From positions 1 through 52,926 of the IMG/VR virus record IMGVR_UViG_3300038555_000005: DNA of 52,926 bases, one strand, 5' to 3'. The translations under genes and the position numbers were made by a program. This document shows positions 27,468 through 35,660 of the stretch, piece after piece (within the stretch, counting starts at the first letter, position 1; every line of letters starts with the position of its first letter). This DNA comes from a virus (lineage: Duplodnaviria; Caudoviricetes). The notes below the pieces were generated by a model. That model was not told the DNA's origin. It ran no database searches and saw nothing but the letters and a program-made list of their open reading frames with translations.

Positions 27468-27575
27468 TCAGGAGCCGGACGTGCGTCCGCCGGAGGCGGA
27501 TGCGGCGCGTCGGGCCTGGGAGCGGCGGAACGCGGTGCGGATGCCTCGGGCGATGGAGCGGAAGCGGTCACGCAT
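27468..27575 (-). CDS. Arg-rich 35 aa peptide ending GRTSGS
   Basis: MRDRFRSIARGIRTAFRRSQARRAASASGGRTSGS; strong GAGGAGGTGA RBS. Confidence 0.75.
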   Translation of the reverse strand: MRDRFRSIARGIRTAFRRSQARRAASASGGRTSGS

Positions 27576-27598
27576 GGTGTCACCTCCTCTCGTCGGTC

Positions 27599-27973
27599 TC
27601 AGGTGAGGTCGACTCCGAGGGCGTCTGCGACGCTTCGGCCGTCGAGGTACTTGTCGCCGAGAGGGGCGAGGCCTGAGCGCTCGAGGAAGGCTTCCTTCTC
27701 CTCGCGGGTGGTGAAGCAGACGGCGACCCAGAATTCGGAGTCGGTAGCGCGCTTGAACCGGGCGCGCTCGGCGGTTGCGCGGTCGCGGTAGCCCTGCTCG
27801 AGTGCGGTGAACTCGGCGGCGGCGTCTTCGGCGAGGTTGTCGGTGTACTGGACCTCGGCGAGAGGGTCGGGCTCGGGGATGTGCTTGGGCCGACGACCGG
27901 AGAGGCCGCCGGAGGATCGGCCGGCACCGGGGCGCTTGCGGGGCCCGGTGAGGCCGGAGCTGTCGCGGGTCAT
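27599..27973 (-). CDS. Partner protein of PP-loop enzyme
   Basis: 124 aa, ATGA overlap with PP-loop gene; basic Gly/Ser N-tail, acidic helix, DSEFWVAVCF..REEKEAFL C-domain. Confidence 0.8.
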   Translation of the reverse strand: MTRDSSGLTGPRKRPGAGRSSGGLSGRRPKHIPEPDPLAEVQYTDNLAEDAAAEFTALEQGYRDRATAERARFKRATDSEFWVAVCFTTREEKEAFLERSGLAPLGDKYLDGRSVADALGVDLT

Positions 27974-28701
27974 GAGCGGTTCTCCATGCTGTCGCGGAAC
28001 AGTTCGAGGTCGGCGAGCGGGAACCAGTCGAGGATCCGCGCGAAGTCCTCGGGGAAGTGCTCGCTGATGGGCTTGAGGAAGCGGTAGTCGATGCCGTCGA
28101 AGGATCGGCCGAAGTGGTCGTAGTCGACTGGGAGGGCGATCCCGGCATCCGCGATGCGGTCGAGTACTTCACTCTTGAGCCAGTCGGCGACGGGGGACAC
28201 CTTGCGGTCTTTCGGCTTCATGATGCCGTGGCGGGTGAACGACGCGCGACGGACGATGCTGTCCGCTGCGCGGACGCCATCGGCCACCCAGGTGTCGGCG
28301 GGGAGGTCGAGATCCTTGCGGATGAGCGCCCACATGGTCGCGTAGTCGGGGAGGGGAAGGTTCGCCGCCTCGATGACCTCGCACCGCTCGGGAGGCTGGA
28401 ACACGAAGTTGTTGAGCCACCGGTAGAACGATGGGTGCGGGTATCGATGGATCGGCTTGCCGAGTGCCTGCTCGAGGTCGGTCAGGCCGCGCTCCACGAA
28501 GTCGAGGGTGCGGCCGGGCTCGCGGCCGGGGATGTAGTACAGGTGCGCGAGGACGGTTTCGATGCCCGCGTCCTGCAGCGCGAGTTCCGCGGCGATCGCA
28601 TCCTTCCCGCCGGAGAACGCGACGAGCACGGTGCGGTTCTCAGCGGCGAGGCGGTCGCGGATCTCGGCTGAGGTCGGCTGGCCCTTGATGATGGTCGGCA
28701 T
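27970..28701 (-). CDS. PP-loop adenine nucleotide alpha hydrolase (PAPS-reductase-like fold)
   Basis: VAFSGGKDA PP-loop, DGVRAADSIVR, SPVADW motifs. Confidence 0.85.
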   Translation of the reverse strand: MPTIIKGQPTSAEIRDRLAAENRTVLVAFSGGKDAIAAELALQDAGIETVLAHLYYIPGREPGRTLDFVERGLTDLEQALGKPIHRYPHPSFYRWLNNFVFQPPERCEVIEAANLPLPDYATMWALIRKDLDLPADTWVADGVRAADSIVRRASFTRHGIMKPKDRKVSPVADWLKSEVLDRIADAGIALPVDYDHFGRSFDGIDYRFLKPISEHFPEDFARILDWFPLADLELFRDSMENRS

Positions 28702-28908
28702 TCAGTACACGGCCTCTCGGGGATCGAGTGTCTCGACGTCGGTCATGCTGGGCCAAAGCGGGCCGCCGCCGGCGGCGGCCTTGCGATCGATCTCGGCTGC
28801 CTCGGCCTCCGCTTCAGCATTCGACCAGTATCGGTGAAGCTCGGTCGGCTCATGAGGTCCACCGCCACAGATGAAGCACGCGGTCGGCGCGCGGTGCGCG
28901 GCGGTCAT
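28702..28908 (-). CDS. Small hypothetical protein (CxxC...H...H)
   Basis: 68 aa, abuts PP-loop start. Confidence 0.6.
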   Translation of the reverse strand: MTAAHRAPTACFICGGGPHEPTELHRYWSNAEAEAEAAEIDRKAAAGGGPLWPSMTDVETLDPREAVY

Positions 28909-29126
28909 CGGACGACCCCGGCCAGGCGCTGCACGACGACCTGCGCCCGCTTGTACTCGGCGCGGGTGATACCGGCATGCCGGGTGGGGCTGTACGCCTT
29001 GGTGGTGACGCCGGCGCGAATCCAGTCGGCGGCGACGACGCTCTGCGGCTTGCGCAGGATATCGGATGCTTCGCGCAGCTGGTTGAGGACGGTGTTCGCC
29101 CGGCTGTTGGTCTGTTCGGTGCTCAT
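28905..29126 (-). CDS. Small hypothetical protein
   Basis: MSTEQTNSRANTVLNQLREAS...; first gene left of the divergent promoter. Confidence 0.65.
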   Translation of the reverse strand: MSTEQTNSRANTVLNQLREASDILRKPQSVVAADWIRAGVTTKAYSPTRHAGITRAEYKRAQVVVQRLAGVVR

Positions 29127-29134
29127 GTTTTGAT

Positions 29135-29172
29135 GGTAACTGAGTTTCCTATTCAAGCGCAACTGAGTTACC
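29135..29172. promoter_or_regulatory. Two operator-like palindromes in divergent promoter region
   Basis: GGTAACTGAGTTTCC (29135-29149) and CGCAACTGAGTTACC (29158-29172); consensus palindrome GGTAACTnAGTTACC. Confidence 0.7.
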
Positions 29173-29180
29173 ATCACTGC

Positions 29181-29588
29181 ATGACCGACTCGAACCTGAT
29201 CTACGCCTACACGGCATCCGACGCCGAGCGCGACGGCCTGCTGCTCCGATTCAGCCCCGCGACGACGCTGGAGGCCGGCTACGCGCTCCCTGTGCTGCTC
29301 ACGCAGAAGGCATACGCCGAAGCGGTCGAGTGGACCCGAGGCGGTTCCTGGCAGACGGAGGACGCGCGCTGGTGGGATGTGCTCATGGTCGCGAGGCGCG
29401 CGGCGGCTGCCGCCCTCAAGACGGGGCGCACGCAGCTGACGCGAGTGGCGCGGGTGCCGAACCTCACCGAGAGCGGAAAGCCAAGCCGCGCCGAACAGCC
29501 GAAGGGCGTCTCGCTGGAGGTTCACGCCGAGGGGTTCGACCTCACCGGTACGCCTTGCATCATCATCTCGATCCCCGGAGAGGACTAA
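29181..29588 (+). CDS. DUF6573-like protein
   Basis: LIYAYT...A.RDG.L N-terminus, QTEDARWWDVL, IIISIPGED C-terminus; probably leaderless. Confidence 0.7.
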   Translation: MTDSNLIYAYTASDAERDGLLLRFSPATTLEAGYALPVLLTQKAYAEAVEWTRGGSWQTEDARWWDVLMVARRAAAAALKTGRTQLTRVARVPNLTESGKPSRAEQPKGVSLEVHAEGFDLTGTPCIIISIPGED

Positions 29589-29597
29589 GCCGTGAAT

Positions 29598-29612
29598 GGC
29601 AACTCAGATACC
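29598..29612. promoter_or_regulatory. Third operator-like site upstream of HTH gene
   Basis: GGCAACTCAGATACC matches GGTAACTnAGTTACC with two mismatches. Confidence 0.6.
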
Positions 29613-29621
29613 CTTGGAGAC

Positions 29622-30023
29622 ATGTCCGCACTGTCAAGGCTCCGCCGTCTCGGGAACGAGTGGCAGAAGCGACCCCAGATCATCGCCGAAGCACGTACCG
29701 AGAACGCGACGTGGCAGGAGATCGCCGACGCGCTGCACATGACGCCCCACGGCGTGCGCAAGCTACACGCGACCGGGGTCCGACCCGAGATCATGTGGGT
29801 CGAGCACGGAGGCGACGACGTCTGGTATCTGCGAGCCGCGGCGACGTCGGAGCACCCGGATGGGGAAGTGCGCGAGCTGCATCGCTTCGTGGATCTGCAC
29901 GACGACGGGTCGATCGCGGAGATCGGCGAGATCGCGAAGTCGTGGGGCTGGATCCTTGACGGCGTTCTGTGGGTGGATCAGTTGGGCCGTTACCAGGTCC
30001 CAGTCGCTCCAGCTGGGCGATGA
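29622..30023 (+). CDS. HTH DNA-binding protein
   Basis: EARTENATWQEIADALHMTPHGVRK helix-turn-helix. Confidence 0.75.
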   Translation: MSALSRLRRLGNEWQKRPQIIAEARTENATWQEIADALHMTPHGVRKLHATGVRPEIMWVEHGGDDVWYLRAAATSEHPDGEVRELHRFVDLHDDGSIAEIGEIAKSWGWILDGVLWVDQLGRYQVPVAPAGR

Positions 30024-30679
30024 CCATGTTCGAACTTACCGCCGCAGTGATCCGCGACACCTTCGACTGGTGGGCGGGAATCATTATCCCGAGTATCATC
30101 GGCGCCGGCTCGGTCATCGTTTCTGTCGTGGCCGTGGGCGTATCCATGAACGCGAGCCGTCTGGCGCGGGAGGTGGAAAAGCAACGAGAGGCCGCATCGA
30201 AGGAGCGTGCCGCGGACGCCGCCCGTGACCGCGTGCGTGATATGTCGGTCAGGGAAGCGAAGCTGCTGAGACGCTGGGTGGTCGAATCACGTAAGCCGCG
30301 CTTTGGGTTGCGCGGAGTTCCCGTTGGGGCGCCACCACCTCCACCCTCAGCCCTGGAGGTGGCAGAGACCGAAGCGCGGGTGGAACTGGAGCACAGCGTC
30401 GTGCCGGGTGCTGCGCTGATTCTCAGGCTGACTGAGTTCGACATCGAGAATCGCAGGCGATACGTCGAGGCTGACACGGACGGTGGAGCGTGGAGACTCG
30501 CCGTCTTCGACAGGATCATCGAACGACGCGACGATCGGACTGACAGCCGCATCCGAGCCTGGGCCGTGAACGCTGAGGGTCAGCGAGCGTTGCTGCAGAG
30601 CGAGATGCACTCCACTGAGGACGACCCGATGGGCTATCTGTTCTTCGGAGAGTCGATCGAGGACGCTCTCGCGGAATGA
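30020..30679 (+). CDS. Membrane-anchored hypothetical protein (moron)
   Basis: N-terminal TM (IIIPSIIGAGSVIVSVVAVGV) then coiled coil; start 30020 or 30026. Confidence 0.7.
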   Translation: MTMFELTAAVIRDTFDWWAGIIIPSIIGAGSVIVSVVAVGVSMNASRLAREVEKQREAASKERAADAARDRVRDMSVREAKLLRRWVVESRKPRFGLRGVPVGAPPPPPSALEVAETEARVELEHSVVPGAALILRLTEFDIENRRRYVEADTDGGAWRLAVFDRIIERRDDRTDSRIRAWAVNAEGQRALLQSEMHSTEDDPMGYLFFGESIEDALAE

Positions 30680-30681
30680 AC

Positions 30682-30714
30682 GAAGCCCCGGACCTCCCGA
30701 GAGGCCGGGGCTTT
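30682..30714 (+). terminator. Intrinsic terminator between convergent units
   Basis: GAAGCCCCGG...CCGGGGCTTT stem just after the stop at 30679. Confidence 0.75.
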
Positions 30715-30796
30715 CGCTTAGGCGGACTGGTCCACCATCTACGTTCTATCGTGCACCAATTGCGGCTTTTGCGTATTTATGTTCGACGGTTTCCGA

Positions 30797-31006
30797 TCAC
30801 CGGCGTGTCGGCTTCCCCCTGGGTCGTCCTCGGCGGATCGTCGGCTCGATTCGCTGCAACGCCTTTGCGAGAACCGTCATGCGTCCTTCAGCGTCGAGAC
30901 GGGTCGCGAGACGGTCGTTCTCAATCCACTCGTAGATCGCTCGGGTGCTCTTGCCGATCAGCACCGCGCCCTCCTTGACGGTGACCCACTCCTTGGGCTC
31001 AGGCAT
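30797..31006 (-). CDS. Small excisionase/MerR-like HTH protein
   Basis: WVTVKEGAVLIGKSTRAIYEWI; RRGRPRG tail. Confidence 0.75.
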   Translation of the reverse strand: MPEPKEWVTVKEGAVLIGKSTRAIYEWIENDRLATRLDAEGRMTVLAKALQRIEPTIRRGRPRGKPTRR

Positions 31007-31313
31007 CGGAGCCTCCCGTCGTCGCCTCGCGCTCGGCGCGCCACTTCTTCCGCATCCGCGAGAGGTCCAGCATGCCGACCTCGACAGCGCCGGCCGCTAC
31101 GGCACGCGCCCGCATCGGCCGCGTCACGTCGTAGTGCCGCTTCATGTCGTTGTCGGGGTACTGAATCCACGAGCGGCGAAGCCCGATGCGGTCCGCCATC
31201 GCGTCGAGCTCCTCGCGGGTGTCGGCCTGCATGTGGCACCACTCGCCCGTGACGCTCCGGTTCCCGTTCGGGACGGTCGCCTTCTTGAACATGTCGTCGA
31301 CGTAGACGGTCAC
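30999..31313 (-). CDS. DUF4031-like protein
   Basis: MTVYVDD...WCHM.ADT.EEL.AMA.RIGL.RSW.Q...HYDV...RA.AV.AGA. Confidence 0.85.
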   Translation of the reverse strand: MTVYVDDMFKKATVPNGNRSVTGEWCHMQADTREELDAMADRIGLRRSWIQYPDNDMKRHYDVTRPMRARAVAAGAVEVGMLDLSRMRKKWRAEREATTGGSDA

Positions 31314-31936
31314 TGCTCTGCCCCTTCCTTCGCCGCTGGCATCCAAGCCGCGAGAGTGCCTCGGTCTCGGGGCTCCGGCACGACGTAGGCACGGCCGCCG
31401 ATGTCGTAGCCGATGACGACACCCGTGGTCAGGTGCGGGTTGCCCTCGGAGATCCCGCCCGGCACGAACGTGTCGTGGTCGCCCTGGTGTCGGCCGGTCG
31501 CGTTGCGGTCGAGGTCGGCGAGCATGCGTCGATAGCCCTGCAGCGCGACGTGCTGCGCGTGCTCGAGCTCGTATAGCTGCTGCCACGTCTGTCGCACACC
31601 GTTGATGGTGACGTTGCTCAGGTGCTCGTCGGACGGTTCCGGGGTCCGAAGTGTGCGAATGAGAAGAGCGGCGAAGGCGTCGAGTTTGTCGTTCGTCTGC
31701 TGCCGAACGGGCACCCATTCAGGGGACGGGATGTGCTCGGCATAGACGTCGCCGATCTGGTTCACGATGTTACGCGCGATCGCCAGCTCGTCTTCGTTCG
31801 GTACCCACGCCTGCAGCGCCTCGGCGAGCTTGCGGATCACGACGAGATCCTTGTCGGTCTCTCGCATGATCGAGCTGCCGATGCGGCGCGCCGTCAATCG
31901 AGCGCGGGCGTCGGCGATCAGCTGCTTAGTGCTCAT
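31310..31936 (-). CDS. Hypothetical protein
   Basis: 208 aa, coupled with neighbours. Confidence 0.7.
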   Translation of the reverse strand: MSTKQLIADARARLTARRIGSSIMRETDKDLVVIRKLAEALQAWVPNEDELAIARNIVNQIGDVYAEHIPSPEWVPVRQQTNDKLDAFAALLIRTLRTPEPSDEHLSNVTINGVRQTWQQLYELEHAQHVALQGYRRMLADLDRNATGRHQGDHDTFVPGGISEGNPHLTTGVVIGYDIGGRAYVVPEPRDRGTLAAWMPAAKEGAEQ

Positions 31937-32168
31937 CGGAGTCTCCGTTCGTCTGCGCCAGGCGGTGGGCCAGGTCCTCGGCTTCGACGACGTTCAAGAC
32001 GGAATCGAACTGCACGCGCGGGATGATCGCGGCACCAGTCCAGAGCACGGCGACCTGTCCGTCGGGCTGTTCTCTCGCGGCGACGCTGCCCGCGACGACG
32101 TTCCCGAGGGGTGGGGCGCCGATGGTCTCGATCAGCGCGGCTTGCTGGGTGGTGGTGAGGTCTCTCAT
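31926..32168 (-). CDS. Hypothetical protein
   Basis: MRDLTTTQQAALIETIG...; GAAAGGA RBS. Confidence 0.6.
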   Translation of the reverse strand: MRDLTTTQQAALIETIGAPPLGNVVAGSVAAREQPDGQVAVLWTGAAIIPRVQFDSVLNVVEAEDLAHRLAQTNGDSDEH

Positions 32169-33028
32169 GCTGCTGCGGTCCTTTCGGAGGTGGGGTGGAT
32201 GGTGAGGGCGTCCTGGATGAGCCAGAGCGACCGGTATGGCGGGTCGGCGGGATGCGACGGCCGTCGACGGAGGTCGCCGCGGGCGTCGCGTCGCCAGGTC
32301 TGGGTGCGGTGCTGGTCGGCGTCCCAGAGCGCTTCGATGCCGCCGGTGCGGGACTGTGCGCCCATGACGTGGCAGCTGCAGCGGCAGTCGAGTGCTTCGC
32401 AGTCGGCGTGCATGAGTTCCGCGCACGTCGCTTCGCGCGCCCAGCGTGCGGCGCCGACGCGGACGCGGGACAGCTCGTGGCCGCAGAAGTCGCACGAGAC
32501 GACGGTGACGCCGCGCTCTTCGCGGGTGACGTGCCCGTAGGTGGTGAGGCGGCTGCAGTTTGGGCATCGCTCGCGTACGAGCTCGCGTTCGCGTTCCTCG
32601 ACCTCGAGCGACTGGTAGGCCTGTTCGGCTGCGACGGCGAAGCGGATCGCGTCGCGGGCACCGTCCTCGTCGTGCACCCACAGATCGACTGTGCGACCGT
32701 CGCGCGACGCGAGCAGGCGTTCGCACTCGTCGAGGGAGAGGAAGGAGAGCGTGAGGTTCGAGTAGCCGCTCGGAGAGGATCCCGCGCCACCCTCCGGGGA
32801 CACCAGGCGGCCGCCGGCGGCTCGCAAGTGCGCGGTGAAGTCGGCCCACGCGATGACCGCGTTCACTACGCGCTCGTAGCAGGCAGTGCAGAGGAAGCCG
32901 CGCTCGGCGGCGCGGGGTAGGCAGCCGCGGCACAGTCCGGGGCGCTGCGCTTCGACCCAGCCGGGGTGGTCGGGACAGGTGACGCGGTGCTCGCCGGGGG
33001 CGGGGTGGTTGCGGACGCAGGTGATCAT
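32165..33028 (-). CDS. Cys-rich zinc-finger protein (possible late-gene regulator)
   Basis: Several CxxC pairs (CRGC, CTAC, CPNC, CDFC); near end of early operon. Confidence 0.65.
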   Translation of the reverse strand: MITCVRNHPAPGEHRVTCPDHPGWVEAQRPGLCRGCLPRAAERGFLCTACYERVVNAVIAWADFTAHLRAAGGRLVSPEGGAGSSPSGYSNLTLSFLSLDECERLLASRDGRTVDLWVHDEDGARDAIRFAVAAEQAYQSLEVEERERELVRERCPNCSRLTTYGHVTREERGVTVVSCDFCGHELSRVRVGAARWAREATCAELMHADCEALDCRCSCHVMGAQSRTGGIEALWDADQHRTQTWRRDARGDLRRRPSHPADPPYRSLWLIQDALTIHPTSERTAAA

Positions 33029-33498
33029 GCTGGGGCTCCGTTCTTCGCGGCGCGGTACGCAAGCCGCTGGATGACGGTCTGAGGGAGCGGGTCGGGCGTC
33101 TTGCTGACGATCGCCTTCTTCGCGATGGTGATGCGGCCGCTCTCGCTGACCTTCCATAGGCCGATGCCGTGCGGCGTCATGACGTCGAGGTCTTCGGGTA
33201 CGGCGTAGACGAACCGATGTGTGACGTTCTGCCAGGCGCGGCGCTTCCAGTACGTGTCGCGCATGAAGTCGGCGCGGGTGACCTTGATCTCGATCGCTGT
33301 GCGCACGAGCGAGTCGAACATCAGCGCGTCGATACGACGGGAGTACTTGTGGCCCTCAGGAGGCGCGGTGTGTGCATGCAGGTGCTCGACGGTCTCGCCG
33401 CTGTCGGCGATGTCGAGATCCTCGATCGTCAGCTCGGGGACGACGGCCGTCGACGGGTACGCCGCCCGAATGGCATCGAGGATGAATGCGGCGTTCAC
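33025..33498 (-). CDS. PD-(D/E)xK nuclease, MmcB-like
   Basis: E...RRIDAL...AIEIKVTRADF.RD...FVYAVP. Confidence 0.75.
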   Translation of the reverse strand: MNAAFILDAIRAAYPSTAVVPELTIEDLDIADSGETVEHLHAHTAPPEGHKYSRRIDALMFDSLVRTAIEIKVTRADFMRDTYWKRRAWQNVTHRFVYAVPEDLDVMTPHGIGLWKVSESGRITIAKKAIVSKTPDPLPQTVIQRLAYRAAKNGAPA

Positions 33499-33959
33499 GC
33501 GGCTTCTCCGATTCGCGCGAGGATCTGCGCCGTGGTTGCGGCGTCGAGGTGGCGAAGGCCGAGCGCCCCGGTGTACGGGATGGGTTCGGGGAGGGGGCGG
33601 GCGTTCGCGATCACGAGATGCTGCACCTCGGGTTCGGCCCACGGACTGCACCATTCCTCGTGCGTCTCCCCGGCGCGGTCCTCGTAGCCGGTCCAGCACT
33701 GGTCGTGTACATCGGTGAGATCGACGACGCCGATGATGGCCGCGGGCGTGAACTCGATCTCATCGCCCTGACGGAGCGCCTCGTCGAGCATGGGGCCGAG
33801 AACGGGGTGATCCCATCCGGCGTCGTCGAACGCCTTCCCGGCATGGATAGCGACCGGGCCGCGGTACTCACCGGCGAGGTTGCGGACGCGGTTCTCGACG
33901 TTCTTGCCAGCGTGAAGGATGGCCCAGGCCCACGGCTGCTTGACGGTCAGAATCCTCAC
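33495..33959 (-). CDS. ASCH domain protein
   Basis: LTVKQPWAWAI..GKNVENR...YRGPVAIHAG, GALGL. Confidence 0.9.
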   Translation of the reverse strand: MRILTVKQPWAWAILHAGKNVENRVRNLAGEYRGPVAIHAGKAFDDAGWDHPVLGPMLDEALRQGDEIEFTPAAIIGVVDLTDVHDQCWTGYEDRAGETHEEWCSPWAEPEVQHLVIANARPLPEPIPYTGALGLRHLDAATTAQILARIGEAA

Positions 33960-34270
33960 GTGTCGCTCCTCTCTTTGAACGCGGCGCATGCGGGCCAGCG
34001 TTTGGTCATGTCGCGGCCGTCGCCGCGGTGGTTTCGTGAGTTCGGATCTGCGGTGCCGCACTTCCACCCGGACCACCCGCCGGCGGTCTTGCGGCGGAGC
34101 CACTCGCAGTCGCCGCAGGTCTTGCCGTTGTCGGCGAGCCGGAGGCGGGTCGCGGGGTGAATGCCGGCGTCGATCGCGAGCTGGTCGCGTTCACGCTGAG
34201 GTAGGCGCTCTGCGCGAGGCGCGTGCTTGGGTGGGGGCGGTGGATCGAATCCGGGGAGCAGATCGGTCAT
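33956..34270 (-). CDS. Hypothetical Cys-containing protein
   Basis: MTDLLPGFDPPP..., TCGDC, KC, WPAC. Confidence 0.7.
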   Translation of the reverse strand: MTDLLPGFDPPPPPKHAPRAERLPQRERDQLAIDAGIHPATRLRLADNGKTCGDCEWLRRKTAGGWSGWKCGTADPNSRNHRGDGRDMTKRWPACAAFKERSDT

Positions 34271-34569
34271 CGGAGGATGCACCCCCGGTGAGGATCGACG
34301 TGGACGGCATGCTCGCGACAGCATCGGCTCTCGTGGTCGTGGGCCGGAGTGACGGTCCATGCCTCCACCACTTCGAAATCGACGACTTCATGCTCGCGAG
34401 AATCCGCGTGCGACATCGTCGCGCCTTCCATCGCGTCCGGCGTGCTGCCGTCGTTCACGGCATGCATCCACGCCTCGGCATCCGCGGCCTGGCCGTGATC
34501 GATGTCGTTGAGTGCGCTGAACGGGACCCGCACCGTGACGTCGACGTAACCCTGGATCGTCGTCAGCAT
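34267..34569 (-). CDS. Hypothetical protein
   Basis: MLTTIQGYVDVTVRVPF..., CC..H...PH.GC tail. Confidence 0.6.
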   Translation of the reverse strand: MLTTIQGYVDVTVRVPFSALNDIDHGQAADAEAWMHAVNDGSTPDAMEGATMSHADSREHEVVDFEVVEAWTVTPAHDHESRCCREHAVHVDPHRGCILR

Positions 34570-34787
34570 GAGCAGGCTCCATTCAGTGCGAACTCCATGT
34601 GGCAGGTCGGGCAGACAGGGCGGGGCGCGGGCTCGGGCTGCTCCTCGGGGATGCAGCCGTGGTGGACGAGCTGTCCCTCGACGTACTGCGCCACGTCGCC
34701 CGGGTGGATCCGGTTTCCGCAGTCGGCGGCGCACACACCGTCGCGGCGTGCGTGGAACGGCCGTGAAGGTCCGTCGTAGTTGGTCAT
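34563..34787 (-). CDS. Small Cys-rich protein
   Basis: MTNYDGPSRPFHARRDGVCAADCG...CPTCH; AAAGGAG RBS. Confidence 0.7.
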   Translation of the reverse strand: MTNYDGPSRPFHARRDGVCAADCGNRIHPGDVAQYVEGQLVHHGCIPEEQPEPAPRPVCPTCHMEFALNGACSC

Positions 34788-34845
34788 GCGGTCTCCTTTG
34801 GTGAGCAGTGCCGGGGCGCTGTGGCGCAGCACCCCGGCGTGGTGT

Positions 34846-35361
34846 TCAGAACGGGGTGTCGTCGCCGAAGCTGCCGGGAGTGCTCCAGGCATCCGCGCTG
34901 GTCGACGAACCGGGCGTGGACCACGGCTCCTCCGACACCTGCTGCTGCGCGGGACGGGACTGTCCACCGCCACCGGCACCGCCGGCACCGCCGGTCGAGG
35001 CCGCACGGGTGACCTGCGCGGTCGCGTACCGGAGCGAGGGGCCGATCTCGTCGACCTCCAGCTCGATCGCGGTGCGCTGGTTGCCCTCGCGGTCCTGGTA
35101 GGAGCGCTGACGCAGACGGCCCTGCGCGATGACGCGCATGCCCTTCGTCAGCGAACCCGCCACGTGCTCGGCGAACTCGCGCCAGACGGATGCGCGGAGG
35201 AACAGCGCGTCGCCGTCCTTCCACTCGTTCGCGGCACGGTCGAAGTTCCGAGGCGTCGATGCGATGGTGAAGTTCGCCACCGGCAGCCCGTTCTGCGTGT
35301 AGCGCAGCTCGGGGTCGGCCGTGAGGTTTCCCACCACGGTGATCACGGTTTCGCCGGCCAT
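34846..35361 (-). CDS. ssb: Single-stranded DNA-binding protein
   Basis: [20 protein letters not shown]...[13 protein letters not shown]...DDTPF. Confidence 0.97.
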   Translation of the reverse strand: MAGETVITVVGNLTADPELRYTQNGLPVANFTIASTPRNFDRAANEWKDGDALFLRASVWREFAEHVAGSLTKGMRVIAQGRLRQRSYQDREGNQRTAIELEVDEIGPSLRYATAQVTRAASTGGAGGAGGGGQSRPAQQQVSEEPWSTPGSSTSADAWSTPGSFGDDTPF

Positions 35362-35660
35362 CAGAGGCTCTCGACGATCGTGCCAGAGGGGACCTCGATG
35401 ACGATCGCGGGGTCGCCCTCGCGGTCGGGACGCTCTGCGAAGTGGATAGGCCACGCGGGCCAGGTCCCGCTGTTCTCGACTCCGAGCGTCCACTCGGCGT
35501 CCGAGTCGCTCTTGCCGAACTCGGCAGTGACGATCAGGGACTCGCCGTCGGGAGCAACGACGCGGCCACGCCATGCACCGAGCGCGTCGAACTCCTCACT
35601 GAAAGCTCCCTCGATCTCAACGAGGTCATCGGACGCTCCATAGATGGTGATTGTGTTCAT
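35361..35660 (-). CDS. Hypothetical protein
   Basis: [15 protein letters not shown] conserved phage motif. Confidence 0.75.
   Translation of the reverse strand: MNTITIYGASDDLVEIEGAFSEEFDALGAWRGRVVAPDGESLIVTAEFGKSDSDAEWTLGVENSGTWPAWPIHFAERPDREGDPAIVIEVPSGTIVESL

Noticed and set aside
26999-28172. 194 aa and 234 aa ORFs from the ORF track
   Set aside because: Low-complexity read-through frames; the region is better explained by the 124 aa gene and two RBS-bearing peptides.
27970-28701. True PAPS reductase (cysH) or DndC sulfur-metabolism gene
   Set aside because: No C-terminal ECGLH motif or Fe-S cysteine cluster, and no cys or dnd neighbours; only the PP-loop fold is supported.
30797-31006. 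Recombination directionality factor for the integrase
   Set aside because: Excisionase-like HTH, but far from int, and serine-integrase RDFs cannot be recognised from this motif.
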